From the NCBI RefSeq assembly GCF_963921235.1, contig NC_086097.1:87670001-87734000 (forward strand): a stretch of 64,000 nt of DNA, given 5' to 3'. Numbering within the stretch: position 1 is the stretch's first letter; every line of letters starts with the position of its first letter. This document shows, piece after piece, positions 51,390 through 64,000 of this stretch. Below the pieces are notes generated by a model that saw only the letters and a list, made by a program, of their open reading frames with translations, did no database searches and was not told the DNA's origin. The position numbers and the translations under genes are program-made. This DNA is from Mobula hypostoma (lineage: Eukaryota).

Positions 51390-53568
51390 AACATAGAATA
51401 TAGAACATAGAATAGTACAGCACAGTACAGGCCCTTCGGCCCACAATGTTGTGCCGACCCTCAAACCCTGCCTCCCATATAAGCCCCCACCTTAGATTCC
51501 TCCATATACCTGTCTAGTAGTCTCTTAAACTTCACTAGTGTATCTGCCTCCCACCACTGACTCAGGCAGTGCATTCCATGCACCAACCACTCTCTGAGTA
51601 AAAAAAACCTTCCTCTAATATCCCCCTTGAACTTCCCACCCCTTACCTTAAAACCATGTCCTCTTGTATTGAGCAGTGGTGCCCTGGGGAAGAGGCGCTG
51701 GCTATCCACTTTATCTATTCCTCTTATTATCTTGTACCCCTCTATCATGTCTCCTCTCATCCTCCTTCTCTCCAAAGAGTAAAGCCCTAGCTCCCTTAAT
51801 CTCTGATCATAATGCATACTTTCTAAACCAGGCAGCATCCTGGTAAATCTCCTCTGTACCCTTTCCAATGCTTCCACATCCTTCCTATAGTGAGGTGACC
51901 AGAACTGGACACAATACTCCAAGTGTGGCCTAACCAGAGTTTTATAGAGCTGCATCATTACATCGCGACTCTTAAACTCTATCCCTCGACTTATGAAAGC
52001 TAACACCCCATAAGCTTTCTTAACTACCCTATCCACCTGTGAGGCAACTTTCAGGGATCTGTGGACATGTACCCCGAGATCCCTCTGCTCCTCCACACTA
52101 CCAAGTATTCTGCCATTTACTTTGTACTCTGCCTTGAAGTTTGTCCTTCCAAAGTGTACCACCTCATATTTCTCCGGGTTGAACTCCATCTGCCTCTTCT
52201 CAGCCCACTTCTGCATCCTATCAATGTCTGTCTGCAATCTTTGACAATCCTCTACACTATCTACAACACCACCAACCTTTGTGTCGTCTGCAAACTTGCC
52301 AACCCACCCTTCTACCCCCACATCCAGGTCGTTAATAAAAATTACGAAAAGTAGAGGTCCCAGAACAGATCCTTGTGGGACACCACTAGTCACAATCCTC
52401 CAATCTGAATGTACTCCCTCCACCACCACCCTCTGCCTTCTGCAGGCAAGCCAATTCTGAATCCACCTGGCCAAACTTCCCTGGATCCCATGCCTTCTAA
52501 CTTCCTGAATAAGCCTACCGTGTGGAATCTTGTCAAATGCCTTACTGAAATCCATATAGATCACATCTACTGCACTACCCTCATCTATATGTCTGGTCAC
52601 CTCCTCAAAGAACTCTATCAGGCTTGTTAGACACGATCTGCCCTTCACAAAGCCATGCTGACTATCCCTGATCAGACCATGATTCTCTAAATGCCTATAG
52701 ATCCTATCTCTAAGAATCTTTTCCAACAGCTTTCCCACCACAGACGTAAGGCTCACTGGTCTATAATTACCCGGACTATCCCTACTCAAGGGAACAACAC
52801 TCGCCTCCCTCCAATCGTCCGGTACCATTCCCGTGGACAACGAGGACATAAAGATCCTAGCCAGAGGCTCAGCAGTCTCTTCTCTCACCTCGTGGAGCAG
52901 CCTGGGGAATATTCCGTCAGGCCCCGGGGACTTATCCGTCCTAATGTATTTTAACAACTCCAACACCTCCTTTCCTTTAATATCAGCATGCTCCAGAACA
53001 TCAACCTCACTCATATTGTCCTCACCATCATCAAGTTCCCTCTCATTGGTGAATACCGAAGAGAAGTATTCATTGAGGACCTCGCTCACTTCCACAGCCT
53101 CCAGGCACATCTTACCACCTTTATCTCTAATCGGTCCTACCTTCACTCCTGTCATCCTTTTTTTCTTCACTTAATTGAAGAATGCCTTGGGGTTTTCCTT
53201 TACCCTACTCGCCAAGGCCTTCTCATGCCCCCTTCTTGCTTTTCTCAGCCCCTTCTTAAGCTCCTTTCTTGCTTCGCTATATTCCTCAATAGACCCATCT
53301 GATCCTTGCTTCCTAAACCTCATGTATGCTGCCTTCTTCCTCCTGACTAGATTTTCCACCTCACTTGTCACCCATGGTTCCTTCACCCTACCATTCTTTA
53401 TCTTCCTCACCGGGGCAATTTTATCCCTAACATCCTGCAAGAGATCTCTAAACATCGACCACATGTCCATAGTACATTTCCCTGCAAAAACATCATCCCA
53501 ATTCACACCCGCAAGTTCTAGCCTTATAGCCTCATAATTTGCCTTTCCCCAATTAAAAATTTTCCTGT
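51390..53568 (-). mobile_element. Young 5'-truncated CR1 LINE, same subfamily as 29311-32216
   Basis: Near-identical to 29311-31481; (catagaa)n tail; 569-aa RT ORF at 51461-53170. Confidence 0.96.
51461..53506 (-). pseudogene. CR1 ORF2 RT portion, with an in-frame stop at 53171-53173
   Basis: KSPGPDG, YRPVSLTSVVGK, QHGFVKGRS, SGVPQGSVLGP, FADDTK. Confidence 0.93.
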
Positions 53569-53844
53569 TCTTGTTTCATGGTGTTCTTCATGATCAGCAG
53601 CCCAGAATCCATACGATATACTCAAAAGTATTTGGGAAGCAAAATCATTATTATCCAGTATAATTGGAGAACTCAAAGCCCCAACTCCTTCAATGTTGAC
53701 AGTTCTCCTCCCTGGTGGAGCAGTAGTTGTCATACTGCAGAGAGCAAGTAACATTCATGTTCAGCACTCATAAAGGACTCTGCAAATCTGGCACAAGTAC
53801 TTAACAGAACTGTGATGCTGAGTATTAAGATAATCAACACACAA

Positions 53845-55920
53845 GGTATATTATGTAGGACTAGATGTTAATATCCCTTATTTGCACTCCTGAGGTATGC
53901 TGCCTAGACTCTGTGGGGTGGCCAAGTGAGTAGTGGCATCTTTTGGGCTATCAATTAGGCACCCTCTTTCCTCAGTGTTTCACTGATAGCCCCAGGATAC
54001 CTCCGGAGGGTTCAGCAGTGAATCCCGGCATCCCAGGCTCACCCTCTAGATGCCTTTCACTCACTTAGGGGCCAGATGGAATCCTTTCTCTTCATCCAGA
54101 GCCACTGAGTACCCTTTACAGCAGCTCTGAAGAGGTCTTTGACCGCTTGTCGGTGTGTCTTCCCTCGCACTCCCAACTCCCAGAGTAGCCTTGATGTTGA
54201 TGTGGCTACAAATCCTCTGCAGCCTACTTCGACCGGTCGGACCCTTGCTTTCCAGCCACGTTGTTGCACTTCGGCAGTAAGCTCAGCATACCTCAGCTTC
54301 TTGCACTCGTAGGCCTCCTCCACTGCATCCTCCCAGGGCACTGTAAGCTCAGTGTACCTCAGCTTCTTGCGCTCGTAGGCCTCCTCCGCTGCATCCTCCC
54401 AGGGCACTGTAAGCTCGATGATGTAAATGAGATGGAGTGAGGCCGACCATAGCACAAAGTCTGGTCTGAGGTTGGTTTCTGTGATATCAGTTGGGAAGCA
54501 GAGCCTCTGGCCTAAGTCTGCCACCATCTTCCAATCACGTGCCCCGCCTAGCTGCCTGGTGTCGGGTCTCAATGTATCGGGTCTGGCTTGACCCTCACCT
54601 TCCCGGACAAATGCTGTTAACGGCTAGCGGGATGAAGGGGGAGGGAGAGCATTGATGCTCATCCGCCGACTTTCCAGCACTGCTGTAAGACACCGTAGCA
54701 TTTGCTTGCCGCCTTTGCTTGCCGCCTTTGCTTGCTTGGCTGCTTCTGATGGAGTCTATTTCCTCCCAGTATCCAGAATGAGGGCAGCTTGTGCTACAAA
54801 TGCATCAATCGCCTCTGTTAACATCATCTCCAGTCTTACTTTGGCGCACTTGTACACCTCTGAAAGACTGGAAATGGGTAGCTCTAGGACTCCTTTGCCG
54901 TAGAGCCCTATGCTGCTGAGGCACCTGGGAAAACCAAGCCACTTCCTTACATATGAGCTGATCAGTGTCTCCAGCTTTTCCACCTTCGAGGTTGGAACTT
55001 CATACAGGGTTGGTGGCCACATGAGGCATGGAAGGCGCCCAAATTGCATACACCAGAGCTTCAACTTTCCAGGGAGTGTGGTTCTGTCGATGCTGTTGAG
55101 GCCACTGACGGCATCCTTCCTGAGCTGACCTACCTGCTCTGTGTCTTTGAGGGATGCGTTATACCACCGACCTAGGCTCTTCACAGGCTTCTCGAAGACT
55201 GTTTCATTGGTCTACCAGCTTCCCCTTGACAATAGAGATGCTTCTGGACTTGCTCGGCTTGATCGTCAGCTGAACCTGCTCGATATTCTCTTGAAGCTTT
55301 CTCAGCAGGTGTACAGTACAAGCCTTGGTCGTGGTGAGTGTTGTGAGATCATCCATGTATGCTCTGATAGGCGGCAACCTCAGGCCAGGTCTTATGCGCT
55401 GTCCTTCAACCACCCATCGACATGCTCTAATGATCACCTCCATGGCCTTGGTGAAGGCTAGCGGGGAGATGGTACAACCGGCCCTGATTCCCACTTCCAT
55501 ATGTTGCCACACTGTGGTATAAACTGCTGTTGTCAAACATAGCTGCACGTCCTGGAAGTAGGCCTTTACAAGGCTTGTGAAGGCCACTGGGACTCTGAAG
55601 AAGTTGAAAGCGATCCAGAGGAGGTTATGAGGGACTGAGCCGAGGGTGTTGGCGAGGTCCAGGAACACCAGGTGAAGATCTGTTTCCTCCTTGGCAACCT
55701 GGATCTGATGCCAGATGGTGCAAGCATGTCCCAGACAACCCGAGAAGCCCGAGATCCCCGCTTTATGGATTGATGTGTCAATCAGATGGTTTCTTTGCAG
55801 ATATCTTGACAACCTATGAGCCACCACAGTAAAGATTTTGCCCTCGACGTTTAGGAGACTAATCTGGCGGAATTGGCTGATTTCTGATGAACCCTTTTCC
55901 TTTGGGATCAGGGGAAAAAA
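53845..55920 (-). mobile_element. R2-group HERO non-LTR retrotransposon (RT + restriction-like endonuclease), 5'-truncated and internally deleted
   Basis: RT QFRQISLLNVEGKIF, FLDLAN, GCTISPLAF, AYMDD; endonuclease LRPDFVLWS...IIELTVPWE...VEVGCRGFV; flanking direct repeat gtattaagataatca. Confidence 0.9.
54277..54416. repeat. 66 bp in-frame tandem duplication in the HERO endonuclease
   Basis: gtaagctc recurs at 54277, 54343 and 54409; protein ELTVPWEDA.EEAYE.KKLRY. occurs twice. Confidence 0.95.
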
Positions 55921-57029
55921 AGGGTATTAAGATAATCAGCGCACGATTAACTAATCTGCACCTTAACTCCAAGTTAACATACCATTAGTCATGTTGCATC
56001 TGTCATTAATGTATGATGATCAAATGTGTGTGTTATTGGATGTATTGCTGTCTGGTTAACATTTTGACAGTCAGTTTCCACACAGAAAATGGGAGCCCAT
56101 CCATTATAAAGATTTAACGTTTGTTTAGTCACAGGTGCTGAAATTTTGATTTTTTTTTGTCTGCTTGTTTTTTTTTTGCCCCATACAAAATTTGCCCATC
56201 TTAGATCTTCCTGATATACAAGAATAGAGGAGTATTGATGGGGCAGTCAAAGAAAGTTTGTGTATTTCTTGTTCCCTCAAATGTTTTAACCAAATATCTA
56301 GCTTCTCTTTCCACCAGCAGAAGCCAAGCTTTCATTTGTACCTTGTATTTAAGGGCATTTTCTGAAATTGACAATACTTGTGTTCTGCTTTACTATTCAC
56401 ATACTGTGAATCACTAGGGCTTAAAGCACTGATTCCTGCAGTACACCACCTGCCACTTCAACATGAAATTTTCTTATTTCATGACACTTTCTCAATCCAG
56501 AATTGTCTGGTTGTGACTGCTGTCTTTGGAAAAGGATTGCTGCTTCACTTCCTTTTCTTATTTTCTACACGGTTGGCACGTGGTTTCCTGTGTTTTGTTC
56601 AACATCTTTCATAATCAGTCACTAGTCCATTAATATAAGCAGCAATGAGCTTTATTGGTCCTATTATGGTTATTGGATTTATTGAGTATGCCTGCAAGAA
56701 AATGAATCTCATGGTTGTATGTGGTGACGCATAAGTACTTTGATAAGAAATTTAATTTGAACTTAGACGTTATTGCATCTTATCCAAGTTGTTGGTTCCC
56801 TTGGGTGATCTATGGAATTGTGTTTAGTTTGGTCATTGTCCTCCTACAGTAAGGTGTGCATACTTCCAAATGATCCAAGTTATATCCTCCAGCTAAAGAG
56901 AGGTTATGGTTTTAAGTCCCTGTTTATTTCCTCAAATTAATAGAATTTGCATTCTCAATACCTGAGAAGAAAGAAAACTCTGTAAGGTTTTATTTGTGCT
57001 TAAAAAGAAAGGCTGCAAATATTTGTTTT

Positions 57030-57295
57030 AAGACATAGGAAGAGGCTGTTTCGCCCATTGAGCCGATACTGCCTCTGAGCATTCCAATCAACCCCTGTAA
57101 GCTATTCTCTCAGGTGTATGCCTGTGATCTCCCCCTCTACCCACTTGTGTGAAGTATAATTTATAATAGCTAGTTAAACTACTATTTGGGAAACCAAAGC
57201 AAACCCACCTGGTCACAAAGAATAAGTATGAATTACAAACATGAGCACCTGTGGTCAGTTTTGGACTCTGTGCACTGCAGCAACACTGCTGCCAG
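57030..57295 (-). mobile_element. Decayed V-SINE
   Basis: gggaaaccaaagcaaacccacctggtcaca V-domain remnant; CR1-type tail ataggaagaggctgtttcgcccattgagcc. Confidence 0.6.
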
Positions 57296-58694
57296 TGTAA
57301 AGGAGATAATTTGTCTTTGCCCTGGTGGTGAACACAGAGGCAACCAATGCCATTTCCAGTATCTATCAGGGATTTATGAATGAAAACAGCTGATCAGTGA
57401 AATTAGGGCAAAACTTGGCCGGGCTTGCCTCGAAGGAAATCAGGGTGGTGGACTGTGATACTTGCTTTAGTTTGAGTCACTGGAAGGATTTCAATATAAT
57501 TTTTGAAAATGTGGAGAAGAGATCAAAAGAAGAGCTTTCAACTCTTGCTCATTTTCTGAAGTATGTTTATGATTTTCCAATTGGATCTTTGAAGAGTTCT
57601 ACACTGAAACCAGATGAAGAGAAGATGGTGTGGCTATGTGTCTAAAAATGGAAACTAATATAAATTACAGCTGAATCGCTGCACCATATTTCTAAAATGC
57701 TTTTTCTACTTTTTGCTTGGTAGTTTCCTATGTTTATTTGAGATTTCCAGTCTTTATTGTTTTTAACATTCTATATTTTGTTGGATTTAGCTTCTTCATG
57801 AAGTCTTAAGGCTGAGGTGGCAACAGGAAGAATAAACTGGAAAGGAGAAAAAAGAAAAGTACAGGAAATTTTCCACTTTTAATGTAACTGCTTTGCCAAA
57901 TGACTCATTTGCTTTTATAGATTCAGCAAGTGAAATTCTAAACTGCATATTTTAAAAATGATCCCAGCCTATTACTATGGTAACTAGGGGTGAAACAATG
58001 AAAGAGCTAATTCCTTTGAAAAGCAATGTCACAGAATAGTAGGCACCTTGTTAGTGATGATCAAGACAACAAATATGTTGTTATCAGTGTGGTACGGAAG
58101 GACAGCCAGATTGGATTTACAATGGAGATGGTTGGAACAGGAAGCAAACACAGCTGCTGCTTCAGAAGTCTCTGGGAGAGCTATACCCAATAGTGAGAAA
58201 TGTCACAGTTCAGGGATGATGTCTTGTTGAAGCCCTCAAGGCTCCTCACATTGTGGACTGGGTTCATCATACTTCTGTATCTCTTTTATATGTAGTATTG
58301 TGCTATTGCTGCCCTGCTGTATTTTACTAGTAGCTGTGTATTCTGGTGCAATTATTTGAGGCTTGTCTCCACTTTCGGAATTGTAACACATTTGCTAGAT
58401 GACAAATATTGCAAAACCAAGTGATGTGCTAATTAGCTTTCTACCAATTGGTGGTGTCAACAGGTATGTTTTCCAAGCACTTTGCACTATCACTGGATTT
58501 GAAGAAGAATTGTTTATATTGCCAGAAGCAATACGTGTTGCAGTAGAGATTTTTTTTGGCTGCAGTTCCTTCCAAATTATCTGTTTTGTCAGATCTGCTT
58601 TTTGTTTTGATGCTTCACCGCGAAAGAAGAGTTTGACCTCAAGTGTTACACAATTGTGCAATAAACCGGCTTAGGAAGAGAGCAAAAGGAAATG

Positions 58695-59351
58695 CAGTGG
58701 ATTCCTGTTAATTGGGACACATTGGGACCAGTATGTTCTGGCCCAATTTAAGTGGCTGTCCCAATTAGTCAAAGTTTCATGGAAATAAAAGGCATAACAG
58801 AGACAATCTACCATTTAACAGAGTAACAAATTATGCATTTTAATGAAATACAAAACAAAGTAGAACTCTACCAATGCTACTACAGTATTATAAAACTAAT
58901 ATTTCTATTAGTTATCAACACAGGAATTCATCACTGCCTTGTTCTTTTGATTAACTGTCAATGAACAAAATCAGCACAGGCATCTAGTTGCCTTTGTTGC
59001 CTTCCTACATAAAATCAAAAATTTTAAAAAATGATCAAAAATCATTGCTTTTTAAATTGGCATTTGTCAGTCGAAATGGGTAACAACACAAGCAAGTGCA
59101 ACTGGCATTATTTAAAGATTGATCATTCAAAGCACAGTGTAGTTAGTGTTTAATGGTGGCCGTGGCACAAGTGCATGCAATTGATGCTACTTAGAAACTG
59201 CTCAGCAACAGTCTCCTGTCCCAATTGAGCAACATAGTATCCCAAATAAATGAAGGGACTTTGGCTATTTTAATAATTTAATTTTTGTTCTTTAAGAGAT
59301 GTCCCAAAAAAATGTTCCGATTCACTGATAGCCCAGTTAATGAATCCGCTG
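58695..59351. mobile_element. Tigger-type MITE
   Basis: TIRs cagtggattc..gttaattggg / cccagttaatgaatccgctg; subterminal gtcccaatt repeats; TA after the right end. Confidence 0.75.
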
Positions 59352-60559
59352 TACTTGATTCCTATTGGAAGTAGTTTGGTGCCTGTTAATGAACATGACA
59401 GGAGATTTTTAGCCAGCTTACTGAAGCTTGTACTGTTGTGCTGAACAAGACTTCAGTTCTGTGAAATTCACACACAATTCCTGTTTTCTAAACCTTAGAA
59501 GAATTGTATAATCTTAATTAATATATGTTGCACTAAATTCAATTTATTTAAATCCAGGCAATTGACTGAGCTTGGATTTCTTGATTTGCATTCAGTGTAG
59601 TTTGCCCCCATGAACCTAACACTGGTGTCCATTTAAAGTTAACTAGTTATTAGTCACGTTTATTTCTGGTTGAATTTAAACCATCAAAGACCATCTGACC
59701 ATCAGACCAGGTTGGCTAGTCAGTGATCTTTGGAGTCTTGCAGGTCTGGCTGACTTCACAGCACTGTATGTGGAGACAGCTTTCACATGCTTGAAAATCA
59801 CCCCTAGAGCCTAGATGGTCTCAATGAGATCTTTCTTTGGGATGGATTCAAAATTATTGGCGGCAGGTAACAGCATGTGTGTAAACTCAGTTGAAAGATG
59901 TGATTGGAAGTTAAATCTTGCGCTGGAAGAATTGTAATAGTAAACAGTCATAAAATCACTGATCAATACCTGGCAGCATTGCATTTTGTTCCATGAAAGA
60001 GAGCAGATCAATATGATCTTGGATGTCCATTCAGCTAGTAGGATTGTAATTTGAACAAGTTATTCGGAATTACTTGATTCAACCTATTTTGAAATGTGAC
60101 TTCCAGTTAATTAAAATGAATCTATTTACTCTCCTAAATGTTTTGGATGCATCAACACAGATTTTCATATTGCACCACTATCTTAGAAATGTGTTACAAG
60201 AATGATTCGCCTGTATTTGGTGGTCTCATTTTGACTTTATACATCCAGTTAAAAATTATTTTACCAAGCTGATTAATTTCATTCAATATTCTGTAGTTGT
60301 TTTAGTGGTATGTTCCACAAAGAGAGCAACAGGTAAGTTGTAGTGGACAGGAGAAGATTTCCAGGAATATTTTTACTTATTAGAGATTCTAGATGAGCGC
60401 TTTTAACAGCAGCTGCAGTGGAACAGTATTTTCCCCTTCCTTGTCATCCCCGGAACTTCACAGAAGTGCTCTTGCCTTTCTTTCTGCCACTCTTCCAGGA
60501 AACTACCTGCTCCCTCGCACAGAGAGGCACCTCCTTTCTAACGATCCATCAATATTTTA

Positions 60560-60780
60560 TTAAGTCCTCATGTTCCTGCCTTTCGATCATTCTGAGGTTT
60601 AATTACTGCACCAGTATCAGCTGTGTCATTAGCTGTCAAGGCACTGAGCACTGGAATTCAACCTCTCTACTATTTCGTCAACTTTAAGACACTCAAAGCC
60701 TACTACTTTTAGTTTTGTTTAGTCACACATTGCATTGTTAAGGGGACTTTATCAGATCAATTTGTTCATCATTGGTGGCA
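60560..60780 (+). mobile_element. L2/DeuSINE-type 3' tail remnant
   Basis: agctgtcaaggcactgagcactggaattc..cctctct..ctttaagacactcaaagcctac, an L2-tail pattern. Confidence 0.5.
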
Positions 60781-61069
60781 AAGGTACTGTTCCCTGTAAC
60801 TGTAATCCAGGTGCAAGTCTCACAGTAATTAATACTGATCATAATGCTCCTTATTAAGGTATATGATGTGATTTAGAAAACTTCCATTCTATCAAGTATA
60901 ACCCCTCAGAAATAGTGAGCAAACCTTTTCTGACAGTAGGGAAGGAGGCAGCTGTGATTGCTAAGTTCTTAGTTTCATCAGCTTGATTGCTTGAATAGCC
61001 GTTGCAAGCTTTCAGTAATCTAGTGAAGCATGGGAAGCTATAAATGAAGCTACAGGTTGGTGAGGCTAA

Positions 61070-62255
61070 CATAAATGGTAGGGAAACTACTGATAAAGTA
61101 TTCTGAGACACAATTAAACTGCACTTCAGGAGGCATCAATTGATAAGGGTGGCTTTGTAAAGGAAAGGTTGTGCCTGACTATGAATTTTTTTGAAGAGTT
61201 GACTAAGTGTATTGATGATGATAGTGCACTGGACATCATCTACATTGACTTCAGTAAGCCCTTTGCCCAGGCCTGAGAAAAGGTAGGAGCCTAGTGAAGA
61301 ATAACAAATTGGATTCAATGCTGGCTTGGTGAAAGGAGGCTGAGAGTGATGGCTGTGTTTGCAAGCTTGTGACCAGTGGTGTACTGTAGGGATCTTTGAT
61401 GTTTGTTATGTGCATTAATAATATGGATCTGAATGCAAAATGTACATTTGGTAATTTTGTAGATGCTGCAAACGTTGATGGTGTTAGTCTTAAGCAATAG
61501 AAGTATATTGATTATTTCGTAGAGAAATAGCAGATGGAATTTCATCCTGATAAGTAAGAAGTATGTATTTTGGGAGGATTAGCAAGGCCTGAACATACAC
61601 AATTAATGGTAAGTACTGAAGGGGGTACTGAGGAACAGAGGGACCTTAGTGTACACGTCTAAAGATCGATAAAGCAGGAGCACTGTTAGGTAATACGATT
61701 GAGAATGATGCTGGGATACTAACTTCCATTAACCAGGGCATTGAATACAAGAGCGGAGAAGTATTAATTAGGCTACAGATGGAATATTGTGCACGGATCT
61801 GGTTGCCACACGATAAAAAGTATCAGATTACTCTGGATCAACTGCAGAGGAGATTTAGTGGGATGTTTCCTGGGATGGAGCATTTTAGTCTTGAGGAGAG
61901 ACTGGATAGGTTGTATTTGGTTTAAAGCTGAGAAGTGTGAGGAATAATCTGATTGAGGTATGAGGGGCATAGATAGAGTCCAGTGAGAAACTTTTCCCCA
62001 TCACAGAAATATCTATGATTAAAGAGCATAGATGTAAGGTAGGGGTTGGGAGACTTAGAGGGTATTTGATGATGAACCTATTCATCCAGAGGGTTATTGA
62101 AATCTGAAACACAATGTCTGAGAGTGAATTGGAGGCAGGTATTTTCTACTTTAGAAGGCCACAGGTTGTGCTAGAAAATGGGATTGATTATAGATGGGTA
62201 TTTGGTGACTGGTATATAGAAGATGAGCCAAAGTTCCTGTTTCTGCCCTCTGATT
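61070..62255 (+). mobile_element. Old CR1 RT and 3' fragment
   Basis: GFVKERLC...FFEELT...DIIYIDFSK, ttgtagatgctgca (FVDA), EQRDLSV, CR1 tail. Confidence 0.8.
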
Positions 62256-62287
62256 CTGATTGCAAGTTGAAATATAAGCAAGACTCT

Positions 62288-62500
62288 AACTGCTGGAGGA
62301 ACTGAAGTCAGGTAGCATTAATGGAAGGGAGATAAACTATTGAAGTTTTGGGCCAAGTATTCTTCATGAATTGATGAGGGTATTGGCTAAAGTATTGACT
62401 GTTTGTTTCCCTGCATTGATACTGCCTGACTTGCTGAGTTTCTGCTACGGTTTTTTGTGTGTTGCTCAAGACTTCCTGATCTGAAGAATCTCTTGTATCT
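62288..62500. repeat. Inverted pair of PLE terminal repeats
   Basis: tgctggaggaactgaagtcaggtagcatt...ttttgggcc / tgatgagggtattggc...gatactgcctgacttgctgagtttctgc. Confidence 0.7.
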
Positions 62501-63034
62501 CCAAGCTGAAGTATGGCTTGAGTTCTGAGATAGACGTGTATTACTAAGCATCCCACTTCTAGCTGATCATGTTCTGATCATGTTGAATTAAGTAGAGAAA
62601 TCAGTGGGTTGGAGTTGACTCCATTTTAAAGGACTTTATGCTCATCAGCACTTACTTCCTAAAGCAGCCAAAACAAAACTTATTTATCCACCTACTGAGC
62701 AATGAGGGTTAAACTTTGATAGTCCTGTATGTCATTTACTCCTATTCAGTTATTCACTTCGTGGTTGGTAAGTCAGTTTGGCAGCTTGTAGCCCAAGCTA
62801 TCCTCCAGGACACTGTTCAATCTTCCACCTTCTAAATTACAGATGAACCAGATGGATTATAATGTATTCCATACATAAAGCTTTCTGCTTGATACTTGTG
62901 TTTATTGTAGTCGTGATGACTTGACCAGATGGGGTGGACAGAGTTACAAATTCAGATATTAAAGAGAAAAACAAATTGTCTACAGGAGTGGCCTTGACTG
63001 TTGAACCCAGAAAATCATCAGTATATGTAGTTTG

Positions 63035-63375
63035 TAGAGAGAGAGGGAGAGGGTTCCAAAACAAAGAAAATATAAAACGTACATCACCCCAGACTACACT
63101 AAAGTGTACCCCTACCTAATAGGGGTCAAAATAATGACAGTGTTGCTCGCTGTACTGTTTGTAACAGTGACTTTTCTATTGCCCATTGTGGGTTAAGACT
63201 GTAAAAGACATGTTGAGGTGAGTTTAACAGGTGTCATTGGTTCATTAGCATAGCTAACGTTATTTAAACTAGCTGGCTAGCTGCTCAGGAGTTCCTCTAA
63301 TGCAGACATTCCACCTCTCCCAGAAATCGATGGTGCTACCTCCCTGAAATGAGTTTTTGCAGGGTGGGATGTCTG
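63035..63375 (+). mobile_element. hAT-like transposon fragment: BED-type zinc-finger exon plus terminal mini-element
   Basis: RKYKTYITPDYTKVYP..IGVK / NDSVARCTVCNSDFSIAH.G / DCKRHVE then GTGAG donor; inverted termini cagacattccac (63303) / gtgggatgtctg (63375). Confidence 0.7.
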
Positions 63376-63399
63376 TAGTCCTCTTGTGTGCACAGGTTC

Positions 63400-63900
63400 A
63401 AATATGCAGTTCGCTCTGGGTGAAGAAATTTCTTCTCAATTGACCTTGAATGGCCATTCCCTTACTTTGAAACTAAGCACTGGTTCTAGATGCCCCAAAC
63501 AGTGGAAACCACATGGCAGAATCTACCCTGTATGGATTTTAAGTTTCACTGAAATGCCTTTCATTCTTCTAAGCTTCAAAGAGAGTAACCTTTCCTCATA
63601 GGAAAATCCACCCAGCCCAGGAAGCAGTTTGACGAACTTCCTTTATTACAAGTATGTCCATGGATGGAGAGGCAGACACATATACAACATTGCAAGTTCA
63701 AGTGCAAATGTCTGTGCACATGTCTGTTCAATTGTTTTAAAGGCCAAGTAATATTTATCTTCCTAATTGCTTGCTGTAGTTTCATTCCCACTTAAAAAAA
63801 ATTAAAATATTTTCTCTACCAATATGGGCAACTATTAAGTTTTATAACAGTCTGTCCTTTACCTCTATCTCCACTTTGCATCTTGGCATGAACCACAGAA
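63400..63900 (-). mobile_element. Old CR1 3' fragment
   Basis: gaagaaatttcttctc...ctggttctagatgcccc...atctaccctgt; atcttcctaattgcttgctg. Confidence 0.6.
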
Positions 63901-64000
63901 GTTGAAGGACACATTTAACAAGCAAATAAACTTCAGAATCTTAAGCTAGCTTGTAGATAAGTGAATATTGGGAAGGCGCAAAATGAGTAATGGATTTGCC

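Overview
Vertebrate genomic DNA, most likely a cartilaginous fish (shark or ray). This is inferred from the repeat content: HER1-type CR1 LINEs, HE1-like V-SINEs, Deu-domain SINEs, Rex1/Babar LINEs and Penelope-like elements (PLEs). I found no host protein-coding exon, rRNA, tRNA gene or CRISPR array; the window looks intronic or intergenic, and every long ORF is transposon-derived. The main elements are two young, near-identical minus-strand CR1 copies (29311-32216 with endonuclease and RT; 51390-53568), many older CR1/L2/Rex1 fragments, an R2-group HERO retrotransposon with an apparent long target-site duplication (TSD), several PLE remnants carrying minimal hammerhead-ribozyme motifs, Tc1, Tigger/pogo, PIF/Harbinger and hAT derivatives, and a probable solo LTR. 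The most unusual items are: (1) a three-copy, ~690 bp non-autonomous retroposon with a YY1-like head, a stem-loop plus (TAATC)n tail and no tRNA promoter; (2) a doubly deleted, three-part Rex1 mini-element; (3) a fold-back Tc1 built from two 3' ends; (4) PLE terminal repeats arranged as inverted pairs with hammerhead motifs; (5) a Tigger derivative with a ~330 bp internal palindrome; and (6) a hAT zinc-finger fragment with teleost-like intron sequence. Coordinates were read by eye, and boundaries of decayed copies are approximate. Family assignments come from recalled motifs, not database searches.
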